From an uncultured Gemmatimonadales bacterium (GTDB lineage: Bacteria > Gemmatimonadota > Gemmatimonadetes > Gemmatimonadales > GWC2-71-9), in the NCBI GenBank assembly GCA_963822925.1, contig CAWGJN010000001.1, positions 431,490 through 495,489 of the forward strand: a stretch of DNA of 64,000 bases, written 5' to 3'. This document shows positions 40,125 to 46,296 of this stretch, in pieces. Under the pieces are notes generated by a model, which was not told where the DNA came from, did no database searches, and saw only the letters and a program-made list of their open reading frames with translations. The translations under genes were made by a program, and so were the position numbers. Every line of letters begins with the position of its first letter. Position 1 is the stretch's first letter.

Positions 40125-42100
40125 GGCTGCCGCACGATCGCGGCGAAGAGCGCGCCCAGGAGAAGCACCACCGTGAGCACCATGTACTGGAGGTACCGCG
40201 TGATCCGCCCCTGCTGCAGCGGGCGCAGCACCTCGGTGAGGGCGCGGACTCGCTGCCAGACGGGAGCGGCCACCCTGGCCAGGACCAGGTCGCCCGGGTC
40301 GGTGCTGAGCGAGGTCGCATCACGCTTGACCCGAGGTGCCGCGACGCTGCCGAACGCGCGCAGCACCGGCGCGCTGAACGACGAGGCGGTGTACTGCATC
40401 CGGCCGTCCGGACGACCATAGGCGCATCCCCACGTCATCCCGATGACCGGCTCTTGCAATCGGCCGGCGCGCAGACGCAGATACCACAGCAGCACCAGCA
40501 GCATTGCCAGCAGTGCACCGAGGGTGCCAAGGAAAGGGAGGGCGCTCGTAACAGCAGACCCGGCCTCGGTGATTCCCTCGGTGCCCCCCGCTACAATCGT
40601 CCCGACGACGATAGCAGCGGGCCGCACGGCAATCGCAGGGAAGGCGCCGAGCCCGACGCACAATACCGCCAGCGCAAGCATGGGAACCACGAGGCCCGGT
40701 TCATCCCGCACCTCGGCCTCCGGTGCACGCGGCCGGCCCAGGAACACCCCGCCAGTCACCCGGCTGAAGCACGCCAGGGCAAGCCCGCCGATCAGGCCGA
40801 GGCCGGCAATGCCGAGAGCCACGAAGGCCGGCAGCATCCGGTTCTGCACCCCGCGCAAGAGACCTTGCGCTACGACCCACTCACTCACGAAGCCGTTGAG
40901 CGGCGGCAATCCCACGATGGCCACCGACCCGATGCCGAATGCCACCGCCGTCAGCGGCATCCGGCGCGCGAGACCGCCCAGCCGGTCGATCTCCCGCGTG
41001 CCCGTCGCCCGCACCACCGCCCCCGCGCCCAGGAACAGCAGACTCTTGAACAACGCATGGTTCAGCGTGTGCAGCAGTGCCCCCGTGAACCCGAGCAGCG
41101 CCACCACTGGGTGGTCGTAGGCCACTCCCACGACCCCCAGCCCCATGGCCAGCACGATGATCCCGATGTTCTCGACGCTGCTGTAGGCGAGAACACGCTT
41201 GAGATCGTGCTGGCCCAGCGCCCAGAGCACGCCCAGCACACCCGACACCAGTCCCAGCCCGAACAGGGTCCACCCGAACCAGGCCGGCGGGGAGCCCAGG
41301 AGGTTGAGCACCCGGAGCAGCCCGTAGATCCCCATCTTGAGCATGATCCCGGACAGCACCGCGGACACGTGAGAGGGAGCCGCCGCGTGCGCGCCCGGCA
41401 GCCAGAAATGCATGGGCACCACACCCGCCTTCATCCCGAACCCGACCAGTGCGAGCAGTAGTACGAGCCCACCTCCCCACGGAATCGCGGGTGCCGCCGC
41501 GGCCAATGCGTCGAAGGTGAGGTCGGGAGTGCTGCGCCCCCAAACCAGGAACATGGCGATCAGCGCGAGTGTTCCGGTATGCGTCAGCACGAGGTAGATC
41601 AGGCCGGCGCGACGGACCGCTTCGCGGTCCCCATCGAACATGATGAGGAAGTACGCGCTCAGCGCCATGATCTCCCATGCCAGCAGGAAGAGCACGGCGG
41701 CATGCGCCACGACGACCATCACCATCGCGGCGAGCAGAAGCGCAAACACCGCATGCACCCACGCGACCTGCCGGTGCGCGCGCTCCTGCGCGAGGTAGCT
41801 CGTGCCGTAGCTGGTGGCTGCCGCCCCGGCGACGCCGAGCACGACCAGGAACCACCCCGCGAGGGGATCGACCAGAATGGCCCACGGCCCCCCGGGCACG
41901 CGCGGCTCAACCGACAGTGCGATGGGCGATCCACCAAGCAGGACCGCCCCGCCCGCCCCGGCGCAGGCGAGCAGGCCCGGAAGTACGAGCATCTCGTGGA
42001 TGAGATCAGCGAGCCGGGGAGCCCGCGCGAACACCAGCGACGCGACGCCGCCCAGGAGTACCAGCCCGACACCACTGATCAGGAGGGCGGCCGGATTCAT
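40121..42100 (-). CDS. HyfB/HycC (NuoL)-like antiporter-type subunit, copy 1
   Basis: 659 aa with the same core and a TWGCAYGRPDGRMQYTASSFSAPV extension. ATGA overlap with the upstream HTH-EIIA gene. Confidence 0.85.
   Translation of the reverse strand: MNPAALLISGVGLVLLGGVASLVFARAPRLADLIHEMLVLPGLLACAGAGGAVLLGGSPIALSVEPRVPGGPWAILVDPLAGWFLVVLGVAGAAATSYGTSYLAQERAHRQVAWVHAVFALLLAAMVMVVVAHAAVLFLLAWEIMALSAYFLIMFDGDREAVRRAGLIYLVLTHTGTLALIAMFLVWGRSTPDLTFDALAAAAPAIPWGGGLVLLLALVGFGMKAGVVPMHFWLPGAHAAAPSHVSAVLSGIMLKMGIYGLLRVLNLLGSPPAWFGWTLFGLGLVSGVLGVLWALGQHDLKRVLAYSSVENIGIIVLAMGLGVVGVAYDHPVVALLGFTGALLHTLNHALFKSLLFLGAGAVVRATGTREIDRLGGLARRMPLTAVAFGIGSVAIVGLPPLNGFVSEWVVAQGLLRGVQNRMLPAFVALGIAGLGLIGGLALACFSRVTGGVFLGRPRAPEAEVRDEPGLVVPMLALAVLCVGLGAFPAIAVRPAAIVVGTIVAGGTEGITEAGSAVTSALPFLGTLGALLAMLLVLLWYLRLRAGRLQEPVIGMTWGCAYGRPDGRMQYTASSFSAPVLRAFGSVAAPRVKRDATSLSTDPGDLVLARVAAPVWQRVRALTEVLRPLQQGRITRYLQYMVLTVVLLLGALFAAIVRQP
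40872..41422. repeat. Partner of the 38905..39455 repeat
   Basis: See the partner feature. Confidence 0.85.
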
Positions 42101-42804
42101 TGCCCGGGGCGCTTGTTGACCGCGAACGACCCGGTCGTCTGCACCTCGAGGTCGCGGATGCGCTCCAGCAGTTGTTCCGTCGAGGCACGATCCTTCAGCA
42201 ACCGCCGCAATTCCGGGTTGCGCAGCGCGAACGCGAGCTGGGCGAGAATCCGGAGGTGCGAGGGAACCGTGGCGCTCACCACGAGGAAGACCGCGTGCAC
42301 CGGCAGGCCATCCATCGCGCCGAATTCGACCGGCCGGCGCAACAGGCAGAGGGTGACGAACGGCTGATCCACGTGAAGCAGGATTGGATTGCGCACGTGC
42401 GGGATGGCGATGCCATCGCCGATGGCGGTCGACCCCATCGCCTCGCGCGCTTCGAGCACGGCCAGCAGGAAGTCACGGTCCACCTCGGCCGACAAGGGCA
42501 GCCGCGTCACGATGGCGGCCAGTACCGTGTTCTTGTCGTCCCCCTCCACATCCCGATGGATGCCGCCCGTCTCGAGCAATCGCGAGAGCGGCGGCACCTC
42601 CTCCGGAGACCGGCGGGCCTCCTCCAACAGACCCCGGGATGCGGGAACCCCGTGCTCCACCGCCCACTGCCACACCTCGATCGCATTCAGGTGCAGGCGT
42701 TCGTTCAGGCGGTGCACCGGGAGGTCGCGCTCCTTGATCCACCGGCGGAGCGTGGACTCGCCCACGTTGAGGTAGGCTGCGGCCTGTCGAATGGTGATCT
42801 GCAT
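42097..42804 (-). CDS. HTH (excisionase/MerR-like) plus PTS EIIA type-2 (PtsN-like) fusion protein
   Basis: N-terminal ITIRQAAAYLNVGESTLRRWIKERDLPVHR. EIIA core GSTAIGDGIAIPHVR with the phosphorylatable His. Confidence 0.75.
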   Translation of the reverse strand: MQITIRQAAAYLNVGESTLRRWIKERDLPVHRLNERLHLNAIEVWQWAVEHGVPASRGLLEEARRSPEEVPPLSRLLETGGIHRDVEGDDKNTVLAAIVTRLPLSAEVDRDFLLAVLEAREAMGSTAIGDGIAIPHVRNPILLHVDQPFVTLCLLRRPVEFGAMDGLPVHAVFLVVSATVPSHLRILAQLAFALRNPELRRLLKDRASTEQLLERIRDLEVQTTGSFAVNKRPGQ

Positions 42805-42808
42805 GAGA

Positions 42809-43522
42809 TTATCGGCCTGTTGCCCCGGCGTCGCCGAGCAGTACGTGCTCGGTGTCGCGCACCAGGGTGACGACGGCAGCCGCCGCGGTCGCGCTCCGCA
42901 CGCCCTCCAGGAACCCGGGATGGCGACAGAGGCTCGCCACTCGCGCGAGCAGGATCAGGTGGCGACGGGGATCGCGCGCCAGCAGCAGGAACAGGAGATC
43001 GGTCGGGATGGCGCCAAACGCGTCGAAGCCCACCGGCGCCGGGAGCCGGCCGATCGCGAGCAGGTCACCGCGGCGCAACGCGCGACCCTCCCACCGTGCC
43101 GTATGGAGCAGCGCGGCGCCACACTCCGTGGCCGTGCTCGCCAGCTCCTCCCGCTCCCACACCCGCCGCACGACCTCGTCGACGTCGACCGGCTCGGGAA
43201 ACGTGACCTTCCGGATCAGGCTCTCGATCATCGCACGCCGTGACCCGGCCTGGATCGGGAGAAGCGCGTTCTCCGGCGCGAGCGCCTCACTCAAGGAGCA
43301 CCCGGACGTCCGCCATTCGGCTTCCATCGCCCGCAGGTGAGGCGGGCTGATGCGCTCCATCCGGAGGTCCATCCAGTAGTCGACGACGGCTCGCCGGAAC
43401 CGCCAGTGCCCGCCGACCTTGAAACCCGGGAGTTCGCCCCGCCCGAGCAGCCGGTACACTGTGCGCTCCGAGAGCTGGAGATGCTCCGCCAGCTGCTTCA
43501 GCGTCAGGACGTCCGCCTGCAT
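42809..43522 (-). CDS. HTH (excisionase/MerR-like) plus degenerate EIIA-like fusion protein
   Basis: N-terminal LTLKQLAEHLQLSERTVYRLLGRGELPGFKVGGHWRF. The C-terminal half parallels the neighbouring protein, with GAALLHTAR in place of GIAIPH. Confidence 0.65.
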   Translation of the reverse strand: MQADVLTLKQLAEHLQLSERTVYRLLGRGELPGFKVGGHWRFRRAVVDYWMDLRMERISPPHLRAMEAEWRTSGCSLSEALAPENALLPIQAGSRRAMIESLIRKVTFPEPVDVDEVVRRVWEREELASTATECGAALLHTARWEGRALRRGDLLAIGRLPAPVGFDAFGAIPTDLLFLLLARDPRRHLILLARVASLCRHPGFLEGVRSATAAAAVVTLVRDTEHVLLGDAGATGR

Positions 43523-43533
43523 GCATTGACCGT

Positions 43534-43551
43534 GTTGAACGCGCGTTCAAC
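43534..43551. promoter_or_regulatory. Perfect 18-bp palindrome GTTGAACGCGCGTTCAAC, 12 nt upstream of the operon's first start codon
   Basis: Read directly. It is flanked by CATTGAC (43524, 43566) and TTGACTGTCAA (43568..43578; TTGACA on the operon strand). Confidence 0.45.
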
Positions 43552-43610
43552 GTATCGGGACATGACATTGACTGTCAACCGCTGCCACCGGTGACGGGCG
43601 CTCGCCCGGA

Positions 43611-43863
43611 GGCCGTAGGCCTGCCGAGCAGCCATACCATGGTGGCCTTCGCCGGAGCGGGCATGGGAAGCTTTCTCTTTCCGCGGACCTGGCCCGCATG
43701 GATGTCGCTCGCGGCAGGGTGTGCGTTCACCCGCGGCGCGGCGCAGGCGCATTTCCTGAGTGATGTCATGCTGGCGGGAATTGGAGGGCTCTTCGTAGCA
43801 CGGCTGGCATGGCACTGGGGCGCTTGGCTATCCCGCCGGCCGACGGCCAAAGAGGATTATTGA
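43611..43863 (+). pseudogene. 3' fragment of a second PAP2 phosphatase gene (motifs 2 and 3 only)
   Basis: GLPSSHTMVAFAGAGMGSFLFPRTWPAWMSLAAGCAFTRGAAQAHFLSDVMLAGIGGLFVARL is about 88% identical to residues of the 30566..31195 protein. The N-terminal two thirds are absent. Confidence 0.8.
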
Positions 43864-43888
43864 CAGAACAACTATACAACTATATAGT
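43860..43888 (+). promoter_or_regulatory. Sigma-70-type promoter TTGACA-N17-TATAGT in an AT-rich island
   Basis: TTGACA 43860..43865, a 17-nt spacer, TATAGT 43883..43888. The 10-bp palindrome ACTATATAGT (43878..43887) overlaps the -10. Confidence 0.5.
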
Positions 43889-43895
43889 AATGCAT

Positions 43896-45272
43896 ATGAG
43901 GACACCTCCCAGCGACGACCGGCAGCCCCGGACCAGCCTCGCTCTCGCGGCCCTGACGCTCTTGTCCGTGTCGAGCCTGGCCGCCCAGCAGCCGCTGACC
44001 CTGGCCGACGCCTTCCGCCGCGCCGACTCGGCCGCGTTCGCCAATCGCATCGCCGCCGGCGATGCCCGCATCAGCAGCGCCGGGGCCACCGCGACGCTTC
44101 AGGGGATCCTCCCCACGGTCCGTGCCGTGGCGGGCTACGTCCGGTCCAACGACCCGCTCGCTGCCTTCGGGTTCACCCTGCAGCAGCGCGCCGTGACGCT
44201 TGAGTCCTTCAACCCGGCGAGCCTCAACTACCCCGCCCCTGTCACCAACTGGAATGGCGGGTTCGTCGCTGAAGTCCCTCTCATCAATGTCGACGCCTGG
44301 TACGGCCGCGCCGCCGCCTCGAGCGCCGCCGCCGCCGCGACTGCGAGTACCCAGTGGACTCGCGAGGTTACCCGCGTCAACATAGTTCGTGCCTACTTCG
44401 GCGCTGTCCTCGCCGGCGAGCAGGCCACGACCCTCGTCAGCTCCGCGGAAGCCGCCCATGCCCACGTGCGCCAGGCGGAATCGATGGTCGCCAACGGCAT
44501 GGCCACGCGCTCCGACGCCCTGCTCGCCTCGGTGCAGGCCGGCCAGGTCGACGCGCAACTCATCGGCGCAACGGGCGAGGCGCGCATTGCCCGCCATCGC
44601 CTGGCCGTCGTCCTTGGCCAGCCAGGAGACACCAGCTTCACCCTGCCCGATTCGCTGCCGTTGGCCGCAACCATTCGCGCCCTGCCTCCCGACTCCGGCC
44701 CTGACTCCGCCAGCGCACGCCTCGACGTGACGGCCGCCCGGCTCGGCGTCGAAGCCGCGCAGCGCGACGTGCGCCGTGCCAACGCGAAGTACCTCCCCCG
44801 CGTCAACGGCTTCGGTCGCTACGACTGGAACAGCCCCGACCAGCCATTTGGCGGTCAGGGCAGTTACACCGTTGGCATCATGGCATCGTGGTCACCCTTC
44901 TCCGGCGCGTCCGAGATCGCGGCTCGGCAGGAGGCGCGCGGCCGTGCTGAGGCCGCGAGCGCCGGGGCCGAAGCCGCCGCGGCGACCGCCAATCTCGAGC
45001 GGCAAGCCACCGCCACCCAGCGTGAGGTAGCCCTCGTCCGGCTCGACATCGCCGAGACCGCGGTGGTGCAGGCCGCGGAGGCACATCGCATTGTCGCCCG
45101 GAAGTACGCCGGCGGGCTCGCGACGGTCGCAGAGCTCCTCGCGGCCGCCGCGGTCGAGACCCAGGCGCGCCTCGCACTCTCTGAATCCCGGTACCAGGTC
45201 ATCGTTTCCGACGCTGCCGCCCGGCAGGCGACCGGGCGCGACCTGATGGCCCTCACTGCGCTGGAGAACTGA
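43896..45272 (+). CDS. TolC-family outer-membrane efflux protein
   Basis: Signal peptide LALAALTLLSVSSLAAQQPLTLADAF. Two-repeat OEP pattern. An alternative ATG lies at 43890. Confidence 0.8.
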   Translation: MRTPPSDDRQPRTSLALAALTLLSVSSLAAQQPLTLADAFRRADSAAFANRIAAGDARISSAGATATLQGILPTVRAVAGYVRSNDPLAAFGFTLQQRAVTLESFNPASLNYPAPVTNWNGGFVAEVPLINVDAWYGRAAASSAAAAATASTQWTREVTRVNIVRAYFGAVLAGEQATTLVSSAEAAHAHVRQAESMVANGMATRSDALLASVQAGQVDAQLIGATGEARIARHRLAVVLGQPGDTSFTLPDSLPLAATIRALPPDSGPDSASARLDVTAARLGVEAAQRDVRRANAKYLPRVNGFGRYDWNSPDQPFGGQGSYTVGIMASWSPFSGASEIAARQEARGRAEAASAGAEAAAATANLERQATATQREVALVRLDIAETAVVQAAEAHRIVARKYAGGLATVAELLAAAAVETQARLALSESRYQVIVSDAAARQATGRDLMALTALEN

Positions 45273-45273
45273 C

Positions 45274-46293
45274 ATGCGAACGCTGATGCCGGAATCCGGC
45301 CTCCTGCTCGCGACGCTGGTACTCGCCGCATGCGGCGCCGATGCCGCCCCCGCGGTGGTCGAACGGACCGCGGTCACCGGGACGCCCGTCGCCGTGATCG
45401 ATACGCTGATCCCCGATGTCCTCGAGGCGTCCGGCACCGCAACGCCGATTCGCGCCGCCACCCTGAGCACCAAGCTCATGGGATCGGTCACGACCGTCCT
45501 GGTGCATGAGGGGGATCGAGTCGCCTCCGGCCAGTCGCTGGTCCGGCTCGATGCGCGCGACCTCGAAGCGAAGCGGAGCCAGGTCGAGGCCGGGCTCGCC
45601 GAGGCCACCGCGATGCGCGTCGAGGCGAGGGCACACGCCGAGCGCATCCGCGGGCTCTATGCCGACAGCGCCGCCACGAAGGCGCAGCTCGACCAGGCCG
45701 AGACCGGCCTCGCGCGTGCTGATGCCGCCACGGCCTCGGCCCGCGCCATGGCCACCGAACTCGCCGCGACCGCCTCCTACGCCGACGTGCGCGCACCCTT
45801 CGGCGGCATCGTCACCCGGCGATTCGTTGACCCTGGTTCCTTCGCGGCGCCGGGGACTCCGCTGATCACAGTGGAGGACGCCTCCACGCTGCGGGTCACG
45901 GTGAGCGCGGCACCCGATGCGGTGCGCGGCCTGCGGCGTGGCAGTACCATCGCCGCGGTGATCGGCGATTCGGTCGCGGCCGCCACCGTGGAGGGCGTGG
46001 TCCCGTCCGGCGCCAATCTCTACACGGTGAACGCACTCGTGCCCAACGCGACCGGGAGCTTCCAGAGCGGGAGCTCAGCCTCGCTCGCGTTGCCACGCGG
46101 CACCCGGCGCGCTCTCCTCGTGCCCACGGCCGCGATTGTCCGTCAGGGTGACCTCGCCGGCGTCCGTCTCGCGACGACCGGTTCCTCTTCCCTCCGGTGG
46201 ATCAAGCTTGGCCGCAGTACTACCTCGCTGGTGGAGGCGCTGTCGGGCCTGGCCGCCGGCGACACCGTCCTCGTGCCGGCCGGGACTCGCTGA
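45274..46293 (+). CDS. Efflux RND periplasmic adaptor (MFP/HlyD family) lipoprotein
   Basis: Lipobox LVLAACG. The family pattern GQSLVRLDARDLEA...YADVRAPFGGIVTRRFVDPG is present. Confidence 0.85.
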   Translation: MRTLMPESGLLLATLVLAACGADAAPAVVERTAVTGTPVAVIDTLIPDVLEASGTATPIRAATLSTKLMGSVTTVLVHEGDRVASGQSLVRLDARDLEAKRSQVEAGLAEATAMRVEARAHAERIRGLYADSAATKAQLDQAETGLARADAATASARAMATELAATASYADVRAPFGGIVTRRFVDPGSFAAPGTPLITVEDASTLRVTVSAAPDAVRGLRRGSTIAAVIGDSVAAATVEGVVPSGANLYTVNALVPNATGSFQSGSSASLALPRGTRRALLVPTAAIVRQGDLAGVRLATTGSSSLRWIKLGRSTTSLVEALSGLAAGDTVLVPAGTR

Positions 46294-46296
46294 GCC

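Noticed and set aside
42097-43522. Reading the 'excisionase-family' HTH domains as evidence of a prophage or integrative element.
   Set aside because: The HTH is fused to EIIA-like domains and is translationally coupled to respiratory-type genes. No integrase, recombinase or phage genes are visible. The island hypothesis rests on the PAP2 repeats only.
43550-43578. Calling TTGACA (minus strand, 43578..43573) a full promoter for the operon.
   Set aside because: The best -10 candidates at 16-18-nt spacing (GATACG / ATACGT / TACGTT) match TATAAT at 3 of 6 positions or fewer. It is left as part of the operator-like motif cluster.
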